A stretch of DNA of 62,774 nt, the filler included. It is 4 parts of 4 records of this genome, joined end to end, with 100 filler letters (N's around TTAATTAATTAA, not from the genome) between each part and the next. Parts side by side here need not be neighbours in the genome. Positions count along the whole stretch, not along the records: positions 21,656 to 41,107 come from DRR378314_1746; 3 more parts are not named here. One strand, written 5' to 3'. Shown here piece by piece: positions 29,558 to 38,584 of this stretch (positions within the stretch are counted from its first letter, which is position 1; every line of letters begins with the position of its first letter). The notes under the pieces are model-generated. The model saw only the letters and a list, made by a program, of their open reading frames with translations, was not told the DNA's origin and ran no database searches. Both the position numbers and the translations under genes were made by a program.

Positions 29558-30925
29558 TCAGCTCACCGCCGCAAAGCCTGCATCAAGCGCCGAGAGGATC
29601 TGGCTCACATCCGCCTCGGTCAGCACCAGCGGCGGCGACAAGATGATGTTAGGGCCCGAGACCCGCACCATGGCGCCGTTCTGATAGGCGACCTCCTGAA
29701 TGGTGTTGATGGTCTTCTTGTCAATGGCGGCCTTGGTGGCACGGTCGCTGACCAGCTCCAGCGCATTCATCAGCCCATGGCCACCGCGCACGTCGCCGAT
29801 CAGGCCGTAACGTTCCTGTAGTGCCGCCAGCCCCTGATGCACCTGTGCACCGCGCGCCGCCGCATTTGTGGGCACATCGAGCCGTTTGGTCTCCGCCAGA
29901 CAGGCCAGCGCCGCCGCCGCCCCGACCGGGTGGCCTGAATAGGTGTAACCATGGCCGATGGCGGCCTTGCCACTCTCATCCTTTTCAAACACCTCGACCA
30001 GACGTTCGGAGATCATCAGCGCGCCGAAGGGGAAATAGCCGTTGGTGATCGCTTTCGCCGTGCACATCATGTCCGGCTGCACGCCCCAGTGCCGCGACCC
30101 GCTCCAGGAGCCACAACGGCCAAAGGCGGTGATGACCTCGTCGGCGATCAGCAGGATACCATGCTTGCGGCAGACCTCGGCCACTCCGGGCATGAAGCTC
30201 TCATGCGGCGGGATCACGCCCCCGGCGCCAAGGATCGGCTCCATGATGAAGGCCGCAATCGTGCCGGCGCCCTGAAAGGCGATCTCATCCTCAAGCGCGG
30301 ACAGACAGAGCTGCGCCAGCCGCTCCGGGTCGGTCTCGTTGAAGGGGTTGCGATAGGTATAGGGCGCCGGGATGTGGTGGCATCCCGCCAGCAGCGGCTC
30401 ATAGGCGGTGCGGAAATTGGCGTTACCATTCACCGAGGCGCCGCCAAAATGGGTGCCGTGATAGCCTTTCTTCAGGCTCAGGTATTTCACCCGCGACGGC
30501 TCCCCGCGAACCTTGTGATACTGCCGCGCCAGCCGCAGGGCGGTTTCCACCGAATCGGATCCGCCGGAGGTGAAGAACGCGCGGCTGAGACCGTCGGGCG
30601 CGAAAAAGTCTCGTAGCTCTTCGGCCAGCTGGATGACCTGATCGTTGGTGGTGCCGCGAAAGATCGAATAATAGGGCAGCACATCCAGCTGCGCGGCGAT
30701 CGCGTCCTTCACCGGCTGGCAGGAAAACCCGAGGTTTACGTTCCACAGGCCGCCCACGGCGTCGACCACCTCATGCCCGTCCACATCCTTGATGCGCACG
30801 CCGGAGGCGCCGGTCACGATGGTCGGCGGGTTGGCGAGGCTGTCGCCGGGATGGGCCATCGGGTGCCACAGGCTGCGGGCGTTGTGTTCTTTGAGGAAAT
30901 TGGCGTCGGGCTGATGTGCGGTCAT
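29558..30925 (-). CDS. Class III PLP-dependent (omega-amino acid) aminotransferase
   Basis: GGLWNVNLG, SGGSDSVE, YHGTH, IADEVITAFGR and the PLP lysine in TAKAIT. Confidence 0.93.
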   Translation of the reverse strand: MTAHQPDANFLKEHNARSLWHPMAHPGDSLANPPTIVTGASGVRIKDVDGHEVVDAVGGLWNVNLGFSCQPVKDAIAAQLDVLPYYSIFRGTTNDQVIQLAEELRDFFAPDGLSRAFFTSGGSDSVETALRLARQYHKVRGEPSRVKYLSLKKGYHGTHFGGASVNGNANFRTAYEPLLAGCHHIPAPYTYRNPFNETDPERLAQLCLSALEDEIAFQGAGTIAAFIMEPILGAGGVIPPHESFMPGVAEVCRKHGILLIADEVITAFGRCGSWSGSRHWGVQPDMMCTAKAITNGYFPFGALMISERLVEVFEKDESGKAAIGHGYTYSGHPVGAAAALACLAETKRLDVPTNAAARGAQVHQGLAALQERYGLIGDVRGGHGLMNALELVSDRATKAAIDKKTINTIQEVAYQNGAMVRVSGPNIILSPPLVLTEADVSQILSALDAGFAAVS

Positions 30926-30954
30926 GGGGCAGACTCCTTGTCGCGGCGCGGCCC

Positions 30955-31734
30955 TCAGGCCGCGATGTCGGTGGGAAACTCGGGCGGGCAGGCGCCGCCG
31001 ATACGTTCGGTAAGGGCCAGACCGGCCAGACGCAGGGCGCGGGGAATGGCGGTTTTCTGATCGTCGCTCATGCGGGAGGTCGGCGCGGCCACCGCCAGCG
31101 CCCCCAGCACCACTTGGTCCGGGCCAAAAATTGGCACCGCGTGGGAATGCACCTCCGCCTCGTAGCCGCCGATGGATTGCGCCAGCCCGCTGCGCTGGAC
31201 CGCTGCCAGCTCGGCGCGGATGGCGACCGGGTCGGTTTGGGTCTGGGCGGTGCGCGCCTCCAGTGGTTGCGCCAGCACGGCGTCGACAAAGCTCGGGTCG
31301 GCAAAGGCCAGCACCGCAAGGCCGGAGGCGGTGCCGTGGAAGGTCAGCACCTCGGCGTCCTCCATCATCACCTTGGTGGCATTGCGCGGCGCATAGGCGT
31401 GGCTGAGGGACGCGAGCTGGTCCCCCTGCAACAGCGACAGGTGGGTAGTCTCGCCGGTTTCCTCGGACAATTCCCGCAGCACCCGGCGCGAGGCCGACAG
31501 AATCGGCACGCTGGCCTCGCGCAGTGCTGCCAGCCGCAACACCTGCGGGCCAAGGCGGTAGGCCCGGTCGCCATCGACCTGTTCGACGAATCCCGTCGCC
31601 TGCAATTCGCTCATCAGCCGATAGACCGTCGCCTTGTTCATGCCCGACAGACGCGTGAGGTCGCTCAGCCCGATTACCAGCCGCCCGTGGTTGAAATGGG
31701 TCAGCAAATTCAGTGCTTTGGAGACGGTTCCCAT
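30955..31734 (-). CDS. IclR family transcriptional regulator
   Basis: TVSKALNLL, KATVYRL HTH, ETGETTHL and HGTASG. Confidence 0.92.
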   Translation of the reverse strand: MGTVSKALNLLTHFNHGRLVIGLSDLTRLSGMNKATVYRLMSELQATGFVEQVDGDRAYRLGPQVLRLAALREASVPILSASRRVLRELSEETGETTHLSLLQGDQLASLSHAYAPRNATKVMMEDAEVLTFHGTASGLAVLAFADPSFVDAVLAQPLEARTAQTQTDPVAIRAELAAVQRSGLAQSIGGYEAEVHSHAVPIFGPDQVVLGALAVAAPTSRMSDDQKTAIPRALRLAGLALTERIGGACPPEFPTDIAA

Positions 31735-31808
31735 GGGTGGTCGCAATCCTGATCTGCCAGATTTCTCAGCGCCACTGACCCCGAGTGGAGGGCGCTCTTT
31801 CATTTTTG

Positions 31809-31869
31809 TTGACAGATTGACCCCATGGCTGTCAATCTAAATTCAAACCAGAGGTTCGAATAATGAACC
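31809..31869. promoter_or_regulatory. Cluster of inverted repeats in the iclR/tctC divergent promoter
   Basis: AGATTGAC-N9-GTCAATCT (31814-31838), ATTCAAACC-N3-GGTTCGAAT (31841-31861) and GGTTC-N7-GAACC (31853-31869). TTGACA at 31809. Confidence 0.55.
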
Positions 31870-31962
31870 GACAGCGACGACCACAAGCGAAGATCAACCG
31901 AGCGGCGGACAACGTCGCCATTTGACCAACGGCAACTTGAATGGCGAACAGGGAGACAGCCA

Positions 31963-32907
31963 ATGACCGTGACATCTGTACTCAAGGGATGTGTGGCCGC
32001 AGCGGGCCTTGCACTGACAGCGGGAGCCGCTCTGGCGGAGTATCCCGAAAAACCTGTGAACTTCATCGTGCCCTGGCCGCCCGGCGATCTTGAGGACGTG
32101 CTGACCCGGATGATCGCCGAGGATTTCCAGGAGGAATACGGCGTCGCTGCCGCGGTGGTGAACAAGCCCGGCGGCGGTGGCGGGCCTTTCCCCGGTGCCA
32201 TCGAGGTCGCCAATGCGCCGGCCGATGGCTATACCGTGGGCTCCTTCGTGATCGGCGTGCCGGTGATGGGCCACCAGATCGACATTCCGCCGCTGACGCC
32301 GGAAAAATTCGACCCGCTTGGCATTTTCCTGACCTATCCCTTCGTGATCGCGACCTCGGGCGATGCGCCCTATTCCTCGATGGAGGAGCTGGCAGCGCAT
32401 GCGCAGGACAATGACGTGGTGTTGGGCCATTTCGGCGATGTGCTGACGCCGACGCAGGTCACCAAGGCCTATGCCAAATCGGCAGGCTTTGAATGGGGCG
32501 CGGATGCTGCCTTTGACGCACTGGACTGCAATACGCTGGCGTCGGGCGATGCGGATGTGATCAACACCACGCTGCAGCTGATCCTGCCCTGTCTGGACGA
32601 TGTGAAAGTGCTGGTCTCCATCACCGACACGCGCATCCCGCTGGTGCCCGACGCGCCGACCATTGGCGAATTGAATCCGGATCTGGACATCGCGCTGTGG
32701 AATGGCCTGTTCGTGTCCAAGGACACGCCGCAGGATGTGCGCGACAAGATCGTCGCCGTGGCGCAGAAGACCGTGATGAGCGACCGCGCGCAGGCGGTGG
32801 CGGCGGAAACCGGCGCGTTGGTCTACTGGCAGGATGCGGACACCAGCACCGCCCGCGTGGCCAATGACATCGAGACGATGGCGCGGATCAGTACCGCGCT
32901 GGAGTAA
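31963..32907 (+). CDS. tctC: Tripartite tricarboxylate transporter substrate-binding protein (TctC/Bug)
   Basis: Signal peptide, YPEKPVNFIVPWPPG, VVNKPGGGG, APADGYT and PDAPTIGE. Confidence 0.9.
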   Translation: MTVTSVLKGCVAAAGLALTAGAALAEYPEKPVNFIVPWPPGDLEDVLTRMIAEDFQEEYGVAAAVVNKPGGGGGPFPGAIEVANAPADGYTVGSFVIGVPVMGHQIDIPPLTPEKFDPLGIFLTYPFVIATSGDAPYSSMEELAAHAQDNDVVLGHFGDVLTPTQVTKAYAKSAGFEWGADAAFDALDCNTLASGDADVINTTLQLILPCLDDVKVLVSITDTRIPLVPDAPTIGELNPDLDIALWNGLFVSKDTPQDVRDKIVAVAQKTVMSDRAQAVAAETGALVYWQDADTSTARVANDIETMARISTALE

Positions 32908-32920
32908 CCTCCCCGAGCCT

Positions 32921-32957
32921 TCCGCCGGTGCCATCCCGCATGGTCCGGCGGATTTTT
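32921..32957 (+). terminator. Terminator-like or mRNA-stabilising hairpin after tctC
   Basis: TCCGCCGG...CCGGCGGA stem with an inner CCAT/ATGG pairing, followed by TTTTT. Confidence 0.6.
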
Positions 32958-33011
32958 CGGCCTCATCTTCTGCAGACCTCTGCCCTCACACCTTCCCAGC
33001 CAGAGACCCCA

Positions 33012-33542
33012 ATGCAAAGCGAACGTGAACGCAGATTTGCCGGCCCGCGCCGGGGACAGCTCTTGTTTGTGCTGTCGTTCCTGACCCTGTCGGTGCTGCT
33101 GTTGTCCCAGATCACTCAGCAGACGGCTTGGGTGAACAAGACCGGCCTTTTTGCCCAGCCCCGCTTCTGGCCCGCGGTGGGTGTCGGCGGCATGGTCGTT
33201 TGCACCGCGCTGCACCTGTGGCGGCTGCCGTTCCGCCGTATCGAGCGCGCCGACCTGCGCGAGGCGCTGCGCTGGGTGGCCGCGCTGGAATACGCGCTGT
33301 GGTTCATGGTCTACGTGATGCTGGTGCCGCTGATCGGCTACCTTCCGATGACGCTGATCTTCGTGCCGCTGCTGGCCTGGCGGATGGGCTATCGCAGCCC
33401 GCAGATGATGGCGATCAGCGCCGGGTTTGCGGTGTTTATCGTCCTGTTCTTCAAGGGCGTTCTGGCGGTGCGTATCCCCGGGGCGGTGCTCTATGATTAT
33501 CTGCCGGATGCCTGGCGCAGCTTTGCCATCCTCTATCTCTGA
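33012..33542 (+). CDS. tctB: Tripartite tricarboxylate transporter small membrane subunit (TctB)
   Basis: Four to five TM segments, PRFWP and FKGVLAVRIPG. Lies between tctC and tctA. Confidence 0.82.
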   Translation: MQSERERRFAGPRRGQLLFVLSFLTLSVLLLSQITQQTAWVNKTGLFAQPRFWPAVGVGGMVVCTALHLWRLPFRRIERADLREALRWVAALEYALWFMVYVMLVPLIGYLPMTLIFVPLLAWRMGYRSPQMMAISAGFAVFIVLFFKGVLAVRIPGAVLYDYLPDAWRSFAILYL

Positions 33543-33569
33543 GACTTTTTCCAAGGAAGACGCGCGCGC

Positions 33570-35189
33570 ATGGACCTGATCCTTTCTGCCCTCGACATCC
33601 TGATGCGCTGGGACGTGGCGCTGGCACTGCTGGCGGGGTCGGTCGGCGGCGTGCTGATCGGGGCGATCCCCGGTGTCGGCCCGGCGGTTGCCATCGCGAT
33701 CCTGCTGCCCGCGACCTTCTCGCTTGATCCCATCGTGGGGCTGACGGTGCTGTTGGGCATCTATGGCTCGTCGATGTATGGCGGTGCGATCCCGGCGATC
33801 CTGATCAACACCCCCGGCACCGCCGTCAATGCGCTGACCACCTATGACGGCTATCCGATGACCGCCCGGGGCGAGCCGCGCCGCGCCCTCAGTCTGGCCT
33901 ATTCCGCCAGCTTCTTTGGCGGCGTGTTCTCGGTGATCTGCTTGATCCTGTTTGCGCCCGTGCTGGCGAAAATTGCGCCGCTGTTTGGCGCGCGGGAGAT
34001 CTTCCTCGCCGCGCTGTTGGGTCTGCTGTTGGTGGTGGTGGCCCATCGCGGACAGGCGCTGATCGCGGGGGCGCTGGCCTGCCTCGGGATCTTTCTCAAC
34101 ACCATCGGCATGGAGCCGGTGAAATACACCCAACGCTACACATTCGGAACGGATGCGCTTGGGTCGGGCATCAACCTCATCGTGGTGGTGCTGGGGCTAT
34201 TTGCGATCTCGCAGGCCTTTGTGCTGCTGACCGATGAGGACGAGAAAATCCGCCTCACCAAACTGCGCGGCGGCATGTTCCAAGGTCTGCGCGAGCTGGC
34301 GCGCCACCCACGCGTGGCGACGGTTTCGGCGGGCTTTGGCGTTGTCATGGGCATGCTCCCCGGTGTGGGCGAGTTCACCGCGCAGTTCATGTCTTACACC
34401 TACGCGCAGAAATCCTCGAAACGGCCGCAGGATTTTGGCAATGGCTCTTCCGAGGGGCTGATCGCCGCCGAGACCGCCAACAACGCCGTGCCCGCCGCCG
34501 CCATGGTGCCGCTTCTGGCGCTTGGCATCCCGGGTGAGGCGCTGACGGCGATGATGCTGTCGGTCTTTTACGTGCACAACGTGGTGCCGGGGCCGGGGCT
34601 GTTCCAGAACCAGATGGATTTTGTCGTCGCGCTTTATCTGGCGCTGCTGATCCTCAATGTGCTGGTGCTGATCTTCCTGCTCGGGGCGACCAAATCGCTG
34701 ATTCAGGTGGTGCGCATCCCAAACCGGTTTCTCGGCGTTGGCATCCTGACCCTCAGCTTTGTGGGCGTTTACTCCCTGCGGAACTCTGCCACCGACTGTT
34801 TCATGGCGGCAGGCTTTGGCCTCTTTGGCTTCGTGCTGAAGCGCCTGCAGCTGCCTGCGGTGCCGATCATCCTCGGCATGGTGCTGGGCGGCATCATGGA
34901 GGTGAAGCTGCGCGCGGCCATGGCGCGGGTGAAGACGCCCTTTGATTTCATTGATCGCCCGGTGGCGTTCATCCTGTTTTCCATCATCATCATCGTGCTT
35001 GCGACGCATGTCCTGCGCATCCGCAGGGAAGCGCGCGAGCTGAAGGAGGCCGAATGGCAGACCAAGACCGCATCAACACGCTTCGGCGCACTGCTATTGC
35101 GCCGCAGAACCTCTTTCTTGAAGGAGCATGGACGCAAGGTGAGGGCGCGCCATGCGAAGTTGCTTCGCCGATTGACGGATCTGTTCTGA
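33570..35189 (+). CDS. tctA: Tripartite tricarboxylate transporter large permease (TctA)
   Basis: GAIPGVG, YGGAIPAILINTPG, AAETANNA and LGIPG. The C-terminus overlaps the next gene by 136 nt. Confidence 0.92.
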   Translation: MDLILSALDILMRWDVALALLAGSVGGVLIGAIPGVGPAVAIAILLPATFSLDPIVGLTVLLGIYGSSMYGGAIPAILINTPGTAVNALTTYDGYPMTARGEPRRALSLAYSASFFGGVFSVICLILFAPVLAKIAPLFGAREIFLAALLGLLLVVVAHRGQALIAGALACLGIFLNTIGMEPVKYTQRYTFGTDALGSGINLIVVVLGLFAISQAFVLLTDEDEKIRLTKLRGGMFQGLRELARHPRVATVSAGFGVVMGMLPGVGEFTAQFMSYTYAQKSSKRPQDFGNGSSEGLIAAETANNAVPAAAMVPLLALGIPGEALTAMMLSVFYVHNVVPGPGLFQNQMDFVVALYLALLILNVLVLIFLLGATKSLIQVVRIPNRFLGVGILTLSFVGVYSLRNSATDCFMAAGFGLFGFVLKRLQLPAVPIILGMVLGGIMEVKLRAAMARVKTPFDFIDRPVAFILFSIIIIVLATHVLRIRREARELKEAEWQTKTASTRFGALLLRRRTSFLKEHGRKVRARHAKLLRRLTDLF

Positions 35190-36538
35190 CCACATTGGCC
35201 ACGGCCACGGCAGCCGATGTGGATCGCGCTGTGGCCTCCGGGCGGCGCGCGTTCGAGGATGGCCGCTGGTCAGGGCTGGCTCCGGCGGCGCGTAAGAAAG
35301 TGCTGCACCGGATCGCCGACAGGATCGAGGCCGAGGCGCTGGCGCTCACCGTTCTGGGCGTGCGCGACAATGGCACCGAATTCAACATGGCGCTGAAGGC
35401 CGAGGCGGGATCGGCGGCGGGGACCTTCCGCTACTACGCCGAAGCGCTGGACAAGGTAGCGGGCGAGGTGGCGCCCACGGCCCCGGACGTGCTGGGGTTG
35501 GTGCAGACCGCGCCGGTAGGGGTGGTCGGCGCCATTGTGCCATGGAATTTTCCGCTGATGATCGGCGCGTGGAAGCTGGCGCCGGCTCTGGCGATGGGCA
35601 ATTCCGTGGTGCTGAAACCGGCAGAGACCGCGTCGCTGTCGCTGCTTCGGCTGGCAGAGATCTGTTCGGAATGCGGCCTGCCCGATGGGGTGCTGAATGT
35701 GGTGACCGGCCCCGGTGCCGTGACCGGCGCGGCGCTGTCAGAGCACATGGATGTGGATGTCCTGGTCTTCACCGGCTCTGGTGCCACGGGGCGACGCTTG
35801 CTGGAGGCCTCGGCGCGTTCGAACCTGAAACGCTGCTATCTGGAGCTGGGGGGCAAGTCGCCCAACATCGTCTTTGCGGATGCCAAGGATCTGGATCACG
35901 CGGCCAAGGTCTCGGCCATGGGGATCTTTCGCAACTCCGGCCAGGTCTGTGTGGCGGGCTCGCGCCTGCTGGTCGAGGCGTCGATCCACGATGAGTTTGT
36001 GGCGCGGGTTGTCGAACATGCCGAGGCGCTGAAGGTCGGCGATCCGCTGGATCTGGGCAGTCAGGTCGGGGCGGTGAATTCCGAAACCCAGCTGGCAGCG
36101 AACCTCGATCACGTGGCGCGCGCCGTGACCGAGGGCGGCGATGTGTGCTGTGGCGGCGGGCGTATTCTGGCGGAGACCGGCGGCACCTATATGGCGCCAA
36201 CGGTGGTGACAGGCGTGCGCGAACAGTCGAGCCTGTTCCAGCGCGAGGTCTTCGGGCCGGTTCTGTCGGTGACGGGTTTTGACGGCGAAGAGGAGGCGCT
36301 GCGGCTGGCCAATGCCACCGACTATGGCCTCGCCGCCGGGGTCTGGACGCAGGATCTGTCGCGGGCGCATCGCTGTGTCGCGGGCATTCGGGCGGGCGTG
36401 GTGCATGTGAACACCTATGGCGGGGCCGACAATACGGTGCCCTTGGGCGGGGTTGGTCAGTCCGGCAATGGGCACGACAAATCCCTGCATGCGCTGGAGA
36501 AATACGTCGATCTGAAAACCGCCTGGATACAGCTGTGA
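35054..36538 (+). CDS. Aldehyde dehydrogenase (PuuC-like)
   Basis: IVPWNFP, FTGS, LELGGKSP, catalytic GQVC and EVFGPV. AAGGAGG RBS at 35043-35049. Confidence 0.94.
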   Translation: MADQDRINTLRRTAIAPQNLFLEGAWTQGEGAPCEVASPIDGSVLTTLATATAADVDRAVASGRRAFEDGRWSGLAPAARKKVLHRIADRIEAEALALTVLGVRDNGTEFNMALKAEAGSAAGTFRYYAEALDKVAGEVAPTAPDVLGLVQTAPVGVVGAIVPWNFPLMIGAWKLAPALAMGNSVVLKPAETASLSLLRLAEICSECGLPDGVLNVVTGPGAVTGAALSEHMDVDVLVFTGSGATGRRLLEASARSNLKRCYLELGGKSPNIVFADAKDLDHAAKVSAMGIFRNSGQVCVAGSRLLVEASIHDEFVARVVEHAEALKVGDPLDLGSQVGAVNSETQLAANLDHVARAVTEGGDVCCGGGRILAETGGTYMAPTVVTGVREQSSLFQREVFGPVLSVTGFDGEEEALRLANATDYGLAAGVWTQDLSRAHRCVAGIRAGVVHVNTYGGADNTVPLGGVGQSGNGHDKSLHALEKYVDLKTAWIQL

Positions 36539-36573
36539 CGGGAGCGCGATCCTAGCTGCGCGAGGACCGCGCG

Positions 36574-36605
36574 GCCTCCGGCGGAGGTATTTGAAAAAGA
36601 TGAAG
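36574..36605 (+). repeat. Rhodobacteraceae-type short intergenic repeat
   Basis: GCCTCCGGCGGAGGTATTT-N5-AGATGAAG. A related CTCCCCCGAGACATTT-N6-AGATGAAG occurs at 21-50. Confidence 0.5.
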
Positions 36606-36638
36606 ACGGGCGCGGGAGGCGCCCGAGGGGAGGATGAG

Positions 36639-37871
36639 ATGAGCGGTGAAAAGACGATCCTTGTGGCCGGGACCTGGGACACCAAGGATGATGAGCTGTC
36701 CTATCTGTCGGAGGTGATCCGGGGACAGGGTGGTCAGGTGCTCAGCATGGATGTGAGTGTATTGGGCGACCCCAAGGTGCCGACGGATGTGTCAAAACAT
36801 GAGGTGGCGGATGCGGCGGGCAGCTCCATTCAGGCCGCCATCGACAGCGGGGATGAAAACACCGCGATGCAGATCATGGGGGCGGGCGCGGCCCGGCTGG
36901 CGTTTGACCTGTGGCGCGCGGGGCGCATCCATGGTGTGATCGTGCTGGGCGGGACCATGGGCACCGATCTGGCGCTGGACCTATGTGGTGCGCTGCCGTT
37001 GGGGGTGCCGAAATATGTGGTCTCGACGGTGGCGTTTTCACCGCTTCTGCCGCCGGAGCGGATCCCGGCCGATGTGCAGATGATCCTCTGGGCCGGGGGG
37101 CTTTATGGGCTCAACGACATTTGCAAGGCCTCGCTCAGCCAGGCGGCGGGGGCCGTGCTTGGTGCGGCGCGCGCGGTGGAGGCACCGCGGTTCGAGCGGC
37201 CGATGGTGGGGATGACCTCCTTTGGCAAGACGGTGCTGAGCTACATGGTGACACTGAAGCCGGAGCTGGAAGCACGCGGCTTTGATGTGGCGGTGTTTCA
37301 TGCCACCGGCATGGGCGGACGGGCCTTCGAGAGCCTCGCGGGCGCGGGGGCCTTTGCTGCGGTGATGGATTTTGCACCGCAGGAGGTGAGCAACCATCTG
37401 TTTGGCGGTCTATCGGCGGGCGAGGGGCGGATGACCCATGCGGGCAAGGTTGGCGTGCCGCAGATGGTGGCGCCGGGCTGTTATGATCTGGTGGATTTTG
37501 TCTGCTGGCAGGAGCTGCCTGCTGCATTGCAGGGACGGGAGTGTCATGCGCACAACCGTTTGCTGACCGCGGCCATGCTTGAGGCGGGGGAGCGGCGCAC
37601 GGTGGCGCGCGAGATCTGTGAAAAGCTGGCAGGTGCGACGGGGCCGGTTGCGTTTTTCCTGCCCACCGGGGGCTGCAACGAATGGGATCGGGCTGGCGGA
37701 GAGTTGCATGATGCGGAGGGGCTTGCCGCATTCTGTGACGAGATGCGCCGCGCTGTGCCGGAGACGGTCGAGTTGCAGGAGCTGCCCTGTCACATCAATG
37801 ACAGGGACTTTTGCGAGGCGGTGCTGGCGCAGTTCGACGCCTGGTTGGCGGCTGGCGTGATCTCCCGGTAA
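36639..37871 (+). CDS. Tm-1-like ATP-binding domain protein (UPF0261)
   Basis: GTWDTK, GGTMGT, LPLGVPKYVVST, VFHATGMGGRA and CHINDRDF. Confidence 0.9.
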   Translation: MSGEKTILVAGTWDTKDDELSYLSEVIRGQGGQVLSMDVSVLGDPKVPTDVSKHEVADAAGSSIQAAIDSGDENTAMQIMGAGAARLAFDLWRAGRIHGVIVLGGTMGTDLALDLCGALPLGVPKYVVSTVAFSPLLPPERIPADVQMILWAGGLYGLNDICKASLSQAAGAVLGAARAVEAPRFERPMVGMTSFGKTVLSYMVTLKPELEARGFDVAVFHATGMGGRAFESLAGAGAFAAVMDFAPQEVSNHLFGGLSAGEGRMTHAGKVGVPQMVAPGCYDLVDFVCWQELPAALQGRECHAHNRLLTAAMLEAGERRTVAREICEKLAGATGPVAFFLPTGGCNEWDRAGGELHDAEGLAAFCDEMRRAVPETVELQELPCHINDRDFCEAVLAQFDAWLAAGVISR

Positions 37872-38008
37872 GGGCAGGAGCGCCCGGTCTGGCCATAGAG
37901 GCCACACCGGGCGCGATGTCTTCCCCAATGGGAAGACATCAGGGGCTGGACCTTGCAGGTGGGCTGGGCAACAGTCCCGCCGTGTTTCCGCCATTGAAGG
38001 ACGCCGTG

Positions 38009-38434
38009 ATGGCATTTGATCCAGAGCCGCAAGACCCCCGCCATCGTCTGATATCCGATCCCGGCTGCCAGCAGCTTGTGGGTTACGACACGCGCTTCGA
38101 TGCCACCGGGGCCTGCAGGGTGACGCTGGAGGTGGGGGCACAGCATCTCAATCGCCATGGCATCCTGCATGGCGGTATGGTGGCGACGGTGATGGATGTG
38201 GTCTGCGGCAACACTGCGGCGCAATATTTCGATCCTGAGGGGCACGCGGCAGTGGTGACGGTGGCGCTGAACCTCTCCTACATTGCGGCGACAGGGCCGG
38301 GTCCGGTGACCGCTACCGCCGAGGCGACAGGGGGCGGCAAAAACACCGCCCATGTGACGGGAGAGCTGAAGGATGCCGAAGGGCAGTTGTTAGCAACGGC
38401 AACGGGGATCTTCCGCCGGATCCGCAAGCGTTGA
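38009..38434 (+). CDS. PaaI family hotdog thioesterase
   Basis: HLNRHGILHGG, VMDVVCG and LNLSYI motifs. Confidence 0.88.
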   Translation: MAFDPEPQDPRHRLISDPGCQQLVGYDTRFDATGACRVTLEVGAQHLNRHGILHGGMVATVMDVVCGNTAAQYFDPEGHAAVVTVALNLSYIAATGPGPVTATAEATGGGKNTAHVTGELKDAEGQLLATATGIFRRIRKR

Positions 38435-38584
38435 TGCGCCGGGCCGGATGGCCCGGCGCCCGGCCCAACGGGGCGGCAGGCATTTTTAATGCAGGCCGGA
38501 CGGGCGGGAGCCTCCCCCCCCCCGGCGGGTCAGGCTTGATTGGCCTTTCTCAGTCTGCGGTCAGGACGCGGTTCAGGACACAGT

